From positions 1 through 10,185 of the forward strand of contig JAQVTI010000020.1 of assembly GCA_028700115.1 (NCBI GenBank): a stretch of 10,185 nucleotides of DNA, written 5' to 3'. The notes under the pieces are model-generated. The model had not been told where the DNA came from and searched no databases. It saw nothing but the letters and a program-made list of their open reading frames with translations. The first letter of the stretch is position 1, and the number at the start of each line of letters is the position of its first letter. The translations under genes were made by a program, and so were the position numbers. Positions 1 through 8,162 of the stretch are shown in pieces. The DNA comes from Candidatus Iainarchaeum sp. Its GTDB lineage: Archaea > Iainarchaeota > Iainarchaeia > Iainarchaeales > CSSED10-239.

Positions 1-1
1 A

Positions 2-196
2 GATCTTTTTATTTCTCTTACAGATAGTGATGAGATTAATTTAGTTGTTGGTTTAATTGCTAAAGAATATGGTGTAAAAACAGTTGCAATTTCTTTAATA
101 AAAACAAATTATAAAAAAGAGGTTTTAAAGAATGAATCTGAAATATTGCAATCATTGCCAAAACAAAGTAAATTGTCTTTATTACCAAGAGAATAA
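2..196 (+). CDS. Partial CDS (5' end outside window), C-terminal part of a TrkA-N/RCK-like NAD-binding protein
   Basis: Not in the ORF track. Frame starting at base 2 reads DLFISLTDSDEINLVVGLIAKEYGVKTVAISLIKTNYKKEVLKNESEILQSLPKQSKLSLLPRE and stops with TAA at 194-196. The 'D.fI.lT.sDE.Nlv..liAkeyGvk.V' pattern is typical of TrkA-N domains. Confidence 0.65.
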   Translation, partial: DLFISLTDSDEINLVVGLIAKEYGVKTVAISLIKTNYKKEVLKNESEILQSLPKQSKLSLLPRE

Positions 197-416
197 CTTT
201 TGTAGAATTGAAACAAAAGTGGAAGAAGATTTATTTGGTTTTGATAATGCTAAAAGAAAGGAATTAATAATGTTCTTAAATATTCAAAATCAAGAAGAAG
301 TAAATGTTAATTGTAAGTTTTTTAAAAAAGTTAGAGAAGAATTAAAAGATTTAATTTTATTTTTTGAAGAACTAAAAGAAGAAGAAGAGGAGTTGAAAAA
401 AGATGCAGGATTTTAA
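132..416 (+). CDS. Small hypothetical protein with N-terminal Cys cluster (CNHC...NC...FC) and acidic coiled C-terminus
   Basis: 94-aa ORF from ATG 132. Overlaps the upstream partial CDS by 65 nt and the next gene by 14 nt, so the start is uncertain. No recognised family. Confidence 0.45.
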   Translation: MNLKYCNHCQNKVNCLYYQENNFCRIETKVEEDLFGFDNAKRKELIMFLNIQNQEEVNVNCKFFKKVREELKDLILFFEELKEEEEELKKDAGF

Positions 417-750
417 ACAATTACGTGTTTGGCAGTTAAGCCGTGAGTTTGTTTCAGACATCTACAAGATAACAGCAAACTTTCCAAACCACGAACTCCA
501 CTCAATGACTAATCAATTAAGAAGAGCATCTTATAGCATACCCTCAAATATTGCTGAAGGTTGTGGAAAAGAAAGTCAAAAAGAATTTAAGAGATATTTA
601 AACATATCACAAGGGTCAATTAAAGAGATAGAGTGTTTTTTAATACTTGCAAAAGACTTAAACTATATCTCTGAAGAACAATATACAGAGATAAATGAAA
701 AGTTAGAAATAATTGGAAAAATGATCTGGAAACTAACTACTAAAATTTAG
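403..750 (+). CDS. Four helix bundle protein (23S rRNA-intervening sequence / S23 family)
   Basis: 115-aa ORF: 'FKQLRVWQLSREFVSDIYKIT..FP..E...MTNQLRRASYSIPSNIAEGCGKESQKEFKRYLNISQGSIKEIECFLILAKDL' is a highly characteristic signature. GAGGAG ribosome-binding-like sequence upstream of ATG. Confidence 0.93.
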   Translation: MQDFKQLRVWQLSREFVSDIYKITANFPNHELHSMTNQLRRASYSIPSNIAEGCGKESQKEFKRYLNISQGSIKEIECFLILAKDLNYISEEQYTEINEKLEIIGKMIWKLTTKI

Positions 751-766
751 TTCCCCATCATACTAA

Positions 767-1876
767 TTAATTATCTCTCAAAATACAATTAGAATAAGTG
801 TCTTCTATTTTTGCAGAATATGAATTATTTTGTTTATCTGTAAAAGTTACATACAAATATCCATTATCTTCATAAGATGCCATAAAAGGAGTAACCTCAG
901 ACCAATCTAATCCAATTTGGTATCCATCATATAAATCAAAATAATCAAATCGGTCACTACCTTCTAAAGAATCAGTTTTAGAATAAACTTTATCTTTTTT
1001 TATATAATCCCAATAATCTGTCATCTCTATAGAATAAGCATCTGTAACAAATGTCCCTTCTATTGGAACAATTGTTCCATCATCTGAAATAGGTTTAATA
1101 TAATATATAATACCGTCATCTTCTGCATCTGAATCCCAATTCTTTGAACCCCAACAATCAATTTCTAAATGAGTTACTTTTTTTGTTAATGCAATATCAA
1201 TTTCAGAAGCATCATCTGCACTTGAACCAAATTGATCTTGTGCCATAGATTCTGGAAATAATTGTGGTAATGATGGATCATATAGCGATGTAGATAATTT
1301 ATTATAAGCATCTATATAAGGATTATCAGTTAAATCTGTATCTGGATTGATTTGATTATAATCATAAATATCTTTAATAGCTTTATTAGGGATATTTGTT
1401 TCGCCTAATTTTTTATTTTTATTATCTAGATATATAATATTTATTTTTTCAAAATCAGAATTAATTTCATAAGTTTTTAATCCGACTATTATACCAATTA
1501 AATTTAACATAAGTACTGATTTATAATCATCAGTAACAGTATAGTTTATTGAAAATATTTTGTCTTTTTCTGAGATTGTTACATCTGAAAAAATACCTTC
1601 ACTATTAGAATCAATACTATTATTCCAGTCAATTAATGCTGATTTTATTTTTGAAGTATCTGTAGTAATAATATTTTTAATTAAATTATTATTCTCTGTG
1701 GTTTTATCAGATTCTGGTGTTGTATCCGATGTAATTATATCTCCATCATTATTTTGGTTATTATTATTAATATCAGTATTTGATTTTGGTATAAATAATA
1801 CCACCCCGATTATAATAGCTATAATTACAACCCCCATAATTCCAAAAATTAACATATTATTCTTATTTTTCGACAT
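767..1876 (-). CDS. Membrane-anchored hypothetical protein (N-terminal TM segment, Asn/Asp/Thr-rich linker, predicted extracytoplasmic domain)
   Basis: 369-aa ORF. N-terminus MSKNKNNMLIFGIMGVVIIAIIIGVVLFIPKSN is a signal-anchor-like TM helix. GGAGG at 1884-1888 (complement of cctcc) is well spaced from ATG 1876. Confidence 0.75.
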   Translation of the reverse strand: MSKNKNNMLIFGIMGVVIIAIIIGVVLFIPKSNTDINNNNQNNDGDIITSDTTPESDKTTENNNLIKNIITTDTSKIKSALIDWNNSIDSNSEGIFSDVTISEKDKIFSINYTVTDDYKSVLMLNLIGIIVGLKTYEINSDFEKINIIYLDNKNKKLGETNIPNKAIKDIYDYNQINPDTDLTDNPYIDAYNKLSTSLYDPSLPQLFPESMAQDQFGSSADDASEIDIALTKKVTHLEIDCWGSKNWDSDAEDDGIIYYIKPISDDGTIVPIEGTFVTDAYSIEMTDYWDYIKKDKVYSKTDSLEGSDRFDYFDLYDGYQIGLDWSEVTPFMASYEDNGYLYVTFTDKQNNSYSAKIEDTYSNCILRDN

Positions 1877-1883
1877 ATAATTT

Positions 1884-1888
1884 CCTCC
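1884..1888 (-). promoter_or_regulatory. Shine-Dalgarno sequence GGAGG for the 369-aa membrane-anchored protein
   Basis: Plus strand 'cctcc' at 1884-1888 is 7 nt from the start codon at 1876-1874. Confidence 0.65.
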
Positions 1889-1917
1889 GTAAATAATTTT
1901 TAATTTAATATTTTTTA

Positions 1918-2796
1918 TTATAATTTATTTTCATAACTTTGTTTTATAATATTTAAACAATAGTCTATATCTTCAAATTTATCTAGTCTAATCTTAAGAT
2001 TACCTGTTGCCCAATGCCCTACATTTGAAACATCTATTAATTTCTTATTAGGATCACTTATTTCATTCTTATTTGAATCTATATGTATCCATAATCCATT
2101 TGATTGAATAACAATTTCACAAAAATTTTTATCTATTTGATAAGCAATATAGTGCTTTAATACTTTTTCTTTAATTTTACTATCAATAGATAAAATCTTT
2201 TCTTGAATATCTTTAAATAAACTTACAACATTATTTGATTTACCAGTTAAATGATCATCAGCAGTGTACTCTTTGTAAGATATTTTAGTATGTTTTATTT
2301 TCTTTGAAGATTCTCTTGGTAAAACTACATCTTCTACAAATAATATTTTGTTATCATATAATAAGTATTTTTTTAGCTCTATATTTTCAGAAATTCTATT
2401 AACAGCATATTTATCATATTCGTTATATGATTGTGCAATTAATATCAATCTTGGAGAATCCCAAACTACTTGTATATTTTTACCTAATTTATTTTGAACT
2501 AATAATTCAAAATCTCCTTTATGATCTATTAACCAATCTAAATAAAATAATCCTTGATTAATAACATTATCTTTTTCATTTTCTTTATATTCTATAATAA
2601 CAGGAGAACCATCTTCATCTAATCCTAAAGTATCAATTCTTCCACCGTGTGTAGTAGTATATTCAGTTGCTAAAAATTTAATTCCTAAAATTTCTTCCAA
2701 ATTATTTTCAAAAACAGATTGTAATTCTTTTTCATTTTTAAATTTAGTAATTTTAAGTTTATTCATCTTACTTTTATTTAATTCAAATATAGCCAT
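1918..2796 (-). CDS. PD-(D/E)XK nuclease-like protein with C-terminal DUF5655-like domain (NucS/DUF91-like N-terminal region)
   Basis: 292-aa ORF. 'TTTHGGRIDTLGLDEDGSPVIIEYKENEKDNVINQGLFYLDWL' gives a D-x13-E-x-K core followed by a downstream Q. C-terminal 'VVSLFKDIQEKILSID..I.EKVLKHYIAYQIDKNFCEIVIQSNGLWIHI....GHWATGNLKIRLDKFEDIDYCLNIIKQSYE' resembles DUF5655. Lies 4 nt downstream of res. Confidence 0.8.
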   Translation of the reverse strand: MAIFELNKSKMNKLKITKFKNEKELQSVFENNLEEILGIKFLATEYTTTHGGRIDTLGLDEDGSPVIIEYKENEKDNVINQGLFYLDWLIDHKGDFELLVQNKLGKNIQVVWDSPRLILIAQSYNEYDKYAVNRISENIELKKYLLYDNKILFVEDVVLPRESSKKIKHTKISYKEYTADDHLTGKSNNVVSLFKDIQEKILSIDSKIKEKVLKHYIAYQIDKNFCEIVIQSNGLWIHIDSNKNEISDPNKKLIDVSNVGHWATGNLKIRLDKFEDIDYCLNIIKQSYENKL

Positions 2797-2800
2797 AACA

Positions 2801-5371
2801 TCAACTCACTTTTTTAACAAAATTTATAAAACTATTATAATCTTTTATTTTTTCATAATTAATATTAATTGTATTAAAATGTTCTTTTGCACATTCAATC
2901 TTTATTTTTTCATAACCCTTTAAATCTAATTCATCTAAACTACCTTTAGTTTCATTTACTAAATATAATTTTTTTGAATTATTTACTTCATATATTATAG
3001 CCCAATCAGGATTATATTTTCCAACAGGAGTATCAATTACAAACCAATTTGGAAGTTTAATATATAATTTAACAGAATTATCTTTTTCTAAATTTACAAC
3101 TAAATTTTCTTCAATATTAGAATCAAAAATTACATTGTCATATAAACTTCTTTCAGTAGAAATTACATCACTATTATATGATTCAATTATTTGATTAAAA
3201 TTATTAACATCCCAAATTTCATTTAAAGAAATATAATTTAAATCACTTACAATCATATTAGTTAATTCTTTATTTATTATATTTGATATTTGTGTAATAA
3301 AATCTCTTGGATTTTTAAAAATATATTCTAATGGAGATTGTAATAATATTTGAATAATGGTTTTTTTAGTTAAATTAGTATCTTTAGATAATTGTTCAAC
3401 TAAATTAGGAATTATATATTTTTCAAAATAATTTTCAGATGCATCTTTTGAAATAGTATAATCAACACCAGTATCTTTAAGAATAACACTTCTTTTTTGA
3501 ACATTTATTTTTGTTTCAGATATAGATAATTCAGAATTAATTCTAGTGACACACTTTTTAATTAAATTATTAGTATCAATATTAACTTCGTATTTAGTTT
3601 TCTTTGCAATAGCATTCCAAAAATTATTAAATAAATCTGAATTTAATATTCCTTTTCTAATTTTTATCTTTCTTAATTCTCTTCTATTCTTTGGCTTAGG
3701 TGAATTACCAACACCATAATCGTCTTCATATTCTTTTTGAAGAGAATCTGCAAATTTATCATAATGTTCATTTGCAATAATTGTTAAACTTTCATTAAAA
3801 TCTTTAATTCTGGTTCCATCTTGATTTACAGGAAGTCTTAAACCCCTACCGATTTCTTGTCTTTTTTTAATAGTAGATTGAGTTTCATTAAGAGTGCAAA
3901 TATTAAAAACATTAGGATTATCCCACCCTTCCTTTAATGCTGAATGAGAAAAGATAAATTGAGTTTTAGTATCAAAAGAGATTAACTTTTCTTTATCTTT
4001 TAAAATTAAATCAATTAAGTCTTGATCTTTATTAATACTACTATCTGTTTTATATGTAGAAAAATAAGATCCTTGAACATCAATTACATTTAAACCTTTA
4101 AAGTCTTTATAATCCTCTTGTTTAATTACATTATTATACTCTTCTTCGAATGTTTTTTTAATAAATCCATCCTTATCAACATAATTTGAAACCCTATCTA
4201 TAAAAAATAAAGAAAGTACTTTTATTCCTAAAGGTTTTAATTTAATTTGCTTACTAAAATGTTCTTTAATTGTTTCTCTTATTTGATATTTCATTAATTC
4301 TTTTTTATTATCCCCTAAAGACTCATTTAATTTAATAGAAACTCCATTTGAAAAACTAATTTTATCTAAACTTTTATTAATTTCAGTTATTATATATCCG
4401 TTATAATCTTCAAACTTAGTTTTTTGATATAAATTATCTCCATTTTTAACAATAAATAATTTCTTTTTATATCCTGACTTTTGTTTAGTATTTAATTCTA
4501 ATTTAGCTTTTAATCCTGTCTTTTCTGCAATTATATCTAAACATTTAATATAAATTGTATTAAAGTCATTTTCTTTTACAACAGATAAGACATCTATTTT
4601 CTTAACTAAACCTAAATTATAAGCATCTATTGGATTTAACTTATAAATTAAATTATAAATATTTTTATGAGTTGCAGAATATCTTAGAGTAAATAATGGA
4701 TTTAATTTCTCAAGAGATGTTTTAGATAAATCACTTTCCATATTTTGAGGTTCATCTAATATTAAAATAGGTTTTGTAGAACTAATTAAATCAATTCCTT
4801 TTTCTCCTCTTAGTTTATCTATATTTTGATTTAAGATATTAGATTCTTTATTAAATGAATCTAAAGTAATAATCATAATCTCTATATTATTATTTCTAGA
4901 AAACTGTCTTACCTTTACAATATCTTTAGAAGAATAATCATAATAATTATAAGGAATATTATCATATAATTTACTAAAATGGTTTTTAGTAATCTCTAAT
5001 GATTTTAAAACTCCTTCTCTAATTGCAACAGAAGGAACAACAATTATAAATTTTTTTAAACCATATTTTTTATTTAGTTCAAAAATAGTTCTAAGATAAA
5101 CATAGGTTTTACCAGTACCTGTTTCCATTTCAATAGTAAAATTAAGATTTGAATCTAATTTTTTGGATACATCTAGTTTATTTTCTATTTGGATTTGGTT
5201 TAAATTATTTAATATATCTTGATTAGTTAAATTTAATTTATTTACAATTGATCCAAATTCGCCAAAAGTTAAATCATTGTCAGATAATTTAATTTGACCT
5301 TTAAATAGATTAACTGTAGAATTAATTGCTTTTCTTTGATAATCTAAATTACTGTCAAACTTAAATTCCAT
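2801..5371 (-). CDS. res: Type III restriction-modification system, restriction (Res) subunit: DEAD/DEAH-type helicase plus C-terminal PD-(D/E)XK endonuclease
   Basis: Walker A 'METGTGKT', motif II 'ILDEPQNM', motif III 'LRYSATHK', motif VI 'QEIGRGLRLPV', C-terminal nuclease core 'NPDWAIIYEVNNSKKLYLVNETKGS' (PD...ExK). The ORF track runs to a GTG at 5380, but ATG at 5371 (MEFKFDSNLDYQRKAINS...) is the more likely start. Confidence 0.95.
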   Translation of the reverse strand: MEFKFDSNLDYQRKAINSTVNLFKGQIKLSDNDLTFGEFGSIVNKLNLTNQDILNNLNQIQIENKLDVSKKLDSNLNFTIEMETGTGKTYVYLRTIFELNKKYGLKKFIIVVPSVAIREGVLKSLEITKNHFSKLYDNIPYNYYDYSSKDIVKVRQFSRNNNIEIMIITLDSFNKESNILNQNIDKLRGEKGIDLISSTKPILILDEPQNMESDLSKTSLEKLNPLFTLRYSATHKNIYNLIYKLNPIDAYNLGLVKKIDVLSVVKENDFNTIYIKCLDIIAEKTGLKAKLELNTKQKSGYKKKLFIVKNGDNLYQKTKFEDYNGYIITEINKSLDKISFSNGVSIKLNESLGDNKKELMKYQIRETIKEHFSKQIKLKPLGIKVLSLFFIDRVSNYVDKDGFIKKTFEEEYNNVIKQEDYKDFKGLNVIDVQGSYFSTYKTDSSINKDQDLIDLILKDKEKLISFDTKTQFIFSHSALKEGWDNPNVFNICTLNETQSTIKKRQEIGRGLRLPVNQDGTRIKDFNESLTIIANEHYDKFADSLQKEYEDDYGVGNSPKPKNRRELRKIKIRKGILNSDLFNNFWNAIAKKTKYEVNIDTNNLIKKCVTRINSELSISETKINVQKRSVILKDTGVDYTISKDASENYFEKYIIPNLVEQLSKDTNLTKKTIIQILLQSPLEYIFKNPRDFITQISNIINKELTNMIVSDLNYISLNEIWDVNNFNQIIESYNSDVISTERSLYDNVIFDSNIEENLVVNLEKDNSVKLYIKLPNWFVIDTPVGKYNPDWAIIYEVNNSKKLYLVNETKGSLDELDLKGYEKIKIECAKEHFNTININYEKIKDYNSFINFVKKVS

Positions 5372-5379
5372 TAAAACCA

Positions 5380-7260
5380 CTATATTGTTTTCAAATTATT
5401 TTTAAATTCATTAGATTCTAAAACTTTGGATAAATTTTGTTTTAAAGAATCATCTAAAGCTGAATCTAAACAAATAAAAATATCTTCTTTTGATAAATTT
5501 AATTCTTTAATTATACTTTTATTTATCTTATTATCTAAACAAACATATAATTTACTAGAAGAATCACTAATTTGATACACTTTATTTGATAAATTATTTA
5601 ATTTTTCTACATTAGAATTTAAAGAAAGTCCTTCTTTAATCAAAATTTCATATATGACATTAATATCTTTATAATTTGATATTAAAGAAGATTCAAATAA
5701 TTTTAATTGAGATTTAAGATTATCTATATCTTCTAACTTATCATTCCAAACAGAATAATTAGAATTAGATAATATAAATGATTTAAATCCTAAATCTAAA
5801 TCTTTTATATCTTCAGAATTATATTCAGATTTAATTTTTGTAATAACTCTTCTTATTCTTTCTTTACAAATATCTGCAATAGAAGTATATCCATCTTTAT
5901 AAGAAATAGATTCTTTAGGTGTTTTTTCAGGTAATTGAACGCAAATAAATTTACGATTTCCTTTATCTAATTTATTTAAATCTAAAACTGCATGTGCGGT
6001 TGTTCCAGAACCTGCAAAAAAATCTAAAATAATATCATTGTCTTTACTTTTAGAAATAAAACACAATAATTTTTTTATAAATTTTATAGGTTTAGGATAT
6101 AAAAAATATTTTTTGTCTTCAAATATATTTTTTAGATCACTATCTCCAGAAGAATTTGTTACTTCATCTATAAAATTTTTATAAGGGTGTTCTTTATTTT
6201 CAAAATAACTTCTATAGTACACTTTATAATGATCTTTAATTTTTCTAAATTCAATTAATCCTTTCTCTTTTCTATTATTATATTCGTTTTTAGATAGTGT
6301 CCAACACCAATCTTTAATATTATACTGCCCTTTTTTCCTCAGTTCATATTTTTCTTTAGAACCACCAGGATATATTTTTGTATCGTCTGGAGCTATAATT
6401 GGATAATCTGAATTAGATGAATAATTTATTCCTTGTCTTTCAAAACTAGTTAGTGCATATCTTTTACCATCTTTATCTAAATATTTATAATTTTTTATAT
6501 CGGCTTTCTTTTTTAAGAAACCATTTAATTCACTAGATTTACAATAAATTAAAACATATTCTGTAATTGTAGATAAGAAAGCACTATCGTTTTTACCTCC
6601 CCCTTTTTTCCAAACTAACTGAGAAATAAAATTTTCTTCACCAAATATTTCATCCATTAAATGTCTTAAATTATGCACTTCATTATCATCAATAGATACA
6701 AAAATAACACCATCTTCTTTTAATAAATTTCTTGCAATAAATAATCGAGGATACATCATAGATAGCCAATTAGAATGGTATCTTCCTTCTGCCTTAGTAT
6801 TTGTGGTTTGCTTTATTCCATCTTTTGTTTGTCCTGTTTGTTCTAAATAAGCTTTTTTGGAATCTTTAAAATCATCATTATAAACAATATCATTACCTGT
6901 ATTATATGGAGGATCAATATAAATCATTTTAATTTTTCCAAAATAAGACTTATTAAGTAATTTTAATACCTCTAAATTATCTCCTTCAATAAAAATATTT
7001 TCTGTAGAATCAAAATTAATTGATCCTTCTTTATCAGGAACTAAAGTTAACTTAGAATTAGTTTGTATATTTTTAATAGATTCGGACTTACCAACCCAAT
7101 TTAAAGAATATTTTTCGTTAGTTTTAGAAATATCTTCTTTAAAAATAGATTTAAATTTATCAAAATCAATTTGATTTTCAGTAAATATTTCTGGAAATAA
7201 ATCTTTTAACCCTTTAATTTTATTATTTAATACGTCTTCAGATTCTTTTTTTACTTCCAT
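5380..7260 (-). CDS. mod: Type III restriction-modification system, site-specific DNA-methyltransferase (Mod) subunit, beta-class N6-adenine
   Basis: 626-aa ORF with 'IFIEGDNLEVLKLL', catalytic motif IV 'MIYIDPPYNTGNDIVYNDDF', then a long target-recognition region and the AdoMet-binding motif 'DIILDFFAGSGTTAHAVLDLN'. Motif order (IV before I) fits beta-class Mod proteins. Upstream of res on the same strand. Confidence 0.96.
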   Translation of the reverse strand: MEVKKESEDVLNNKIKGLKDLFPEIFTENQIDFDKFKSIFKEDISKTNEKYSLNWVGKSESIKNIQTNSKLTLVPDKEGSINFDSTENIFIEGDNLEVLKLLNKSYFGKIKMIYIDPPYNTGNDIVYNDDFKDSKKAYLEQTGQTKDGIKQTTNTKAEGRYHSNWLSMMYPRLFIARNLLKEDGVIFVSIDDNEVHNLRHLMDEIFGEENFISQLVWKKGGGKNDSAFLSTITEYVLIYCKSSELNGFLKKKADIKNYKYLDKDGKRYALTSFERQGINYSSNSDYPIIAPDDTKIYPGGSKEKYELRKKGQYNIKDWCWTLSKNEYNNRKEKGLIEFRKIKDHYKVYYRSYFENKEHPYKNFIDEVTNSSGDSDLKNIFEDKKYFLYPKPIKFIKKLLCFISKSKDNDIILDFFAGSGTTAHAVLDLNKLDKGNRKFICVQLPEKTPKESISYKDGYTSIADICKERIRRVITKIKSEYNSEDIKDLDLGFKSFILSNSNYSVWNDKLEDIDNLKSQLKLFESSLISNYKDINVIYEILIKEGLSLNSNVEKLNNLSNKVYQISDSSSKLYVCLDNKINKSIIKELNLSKEDIFICLDSALDDSLKQNLSKVLESNEFKNNLKTI

Positions 7261-7285
7261 TCATTCATCCCCAAAATAATATTTA

Positions 7286-7295
7286 TTATATATAA
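7286..7295. promoter_or_regulatory. Possible TATA-box-like element (TTATATATAA) upstream of mod
   Basis: Palindromic ttatatataa at 7286-7295, 26-35 nt upstream of the mod ATG (7260). The region is generally very AT-rich, so specificity is low. Confidence 0.3.
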
Positions 7296-7321
7296 GGACA
7301 AAAAAGAATTTAAACCCATTT

Positions 7322-7357
7322 GGTCAATTTATCGGTCAATTTTTAGGTCAACTCACT
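7322..7357. repeat. Three tandem 12-bp units beginning with GGTCAA (iteron or operator-like array)
   Basis: ggtcaatttatc / ggtcaattttta / ggtcaactcact. GGTCAA occurs at 7322, 7334 and 7346 with exactly 12-nt periodicity, in the divergent intergenic region between mod and the winged-helix gene. Confidence 0.7.
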
Positions 7358-7387
7358 TCAAATATTACTTTTTTTATTATATATATT

Positions 7388-7657
7388 ATGGACTCAAAAC
7401 TAATTTCTTACATTATGCGATCTAAAAATAGACAAAGAATATTAGATTTACTAAAGGATACAGAAAAAACACCTTCTCAATTAGTTAAAGACACAAATAT
7501 GTATCTAACCCATACCCATAGAACAATTAGAGAACTTAAAGATAAAGATTTAATCAAAGCAACAAATCCAGAAGATAAAATATATACATTCTATAAAGTT
7601 ACACCAAAAGGTAAAAAAATAGTTAAAAAAACTAAAAAAGATATTGTATTAAAGTAA
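7388..7657 (+). CDS. Small winged helix-turn-helix DNA-binding protein (putative transcriptional regulator)
   Basis: 89-aa ORF MDSKLISYIMRSKNRQRILDLLKDTEKTPSQLVKDTNMYLTHTHRTIRELKDKDLIKATNPEDKIYTFYKVTPKGKKIVK. Typical ArsR/MarR-like wHTH layout with recognition helix and wing. Confidence 0.87.
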   Translation: MDSKLISYIMRSKNRQRILDLLKDTEKTPSQLVKDTNMYLTHTHRTIRELKDKDLIKATNPEDKIYTFYKVTPKGKKIVKKTKKDIVLK

Positions 7658-7665
7658 GATAAATT

Positions 7666-8073
7666 ATGAATAAAATAGGTAATTGGATAAACAAAAATAA
7701 AATTGAAATTATTTTCTTAAGTTTAATCCTAATTTTTTACTTTATAACACAATGGTTAATTAATACTAATAATGTAAATCAAACTAATGGAGTTATAATT
7801 ATTTTAATTACCACACTAATAACAATAACATATTTATTTATTGCAATTAATAGATTAGTAAAAGAATTAGCAAAACAATATACAAAAAAAGAAAAATTAA
7901 AATTTAATGGAATAATTTGGTCTATTTTAATAATACCAACTGTAAATATGATAAGTAAGTTAATCATATATAAAAATAATAATTTTACACTATATGATTC
8001 ATTTGAATTTATGTTAACAATTGTTTTATCTTTAGCTGTAATTATATATCTTAGAACTAAAAAGTTAATTTAA
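7666..8073 (+). CDS. Hypothetical integral membrane protein (about 4 TM helices)
   Basis: 135-aa ORF with hydrophobic segments IEIIFLSLILIFYFITQWLI, GVIIILITTLITITYLFIAI, FNGIIWSILIIPTVNMI and FMLTIVLSLAVIIYL. Starts 8 nt after the wHTH gene. Confidence 0.7.
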   Translation: MNKIGNWINKNKIEIIFLSLILIFYFITQWLINTNNVNQTNGVIIILITTLITITYLFIAINRLVKELAKQYTKKEKLKFNGIIWSILIIPTVNMISKLIIYKNNNFTLYDSFEFMLTIVLSLAVIIYLRTKKLI

Positions 8074-8162
8074 AAATTTATTCTTTTCTTTTTCTGCTTC
8101 GTCTATCATTTTTAATATTTTTGGAATCCAATATGACAATCGAGATAATATTTACTTGCCAA

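Noticed and set aside
370-400. GAA-rich tract as a regulatory repeat
   Set aside because: It simply encodes the acidic E/K-rich tail of the 94-aa ORF (EELKEEEEELKK).
1560-1880. 106-aa + strand ORF antisense to the N-terminal half of the 369-aa protein
   Set aside because: Fully antisense to a gene with a good Shine-Dalgarno and TM anchor. Its hydrophobic composition reflects the reverse complement of the Ile/Asn/Asp-rich sequence.
5372-5380. GTG start at 5380 for res as given in the ORF track
   Set aside because: It adds only 3 residues (VVL) before an ATG at 5371 whose N-terminus MEFKFDSNLDYQRKAI matches the usual Res start. The ATG is preceded by a plausible AGTGG ribosome-binding sequence.
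7200-7260. Possible phase-variable simple repeat at the mod 5' end
   Set aside because: Some type III mod genes are phase-variable through long tetra- or pentanucleotide repeats. No such tract is visible in or just upstream of this mod, only short A/T runs.
7779-7967. 62-aa - strand ORF inside the membrane protein gene
   Set aside because: Antisense to the better supported 135-aa ORF; AT-rich by-product with no recognisable family.
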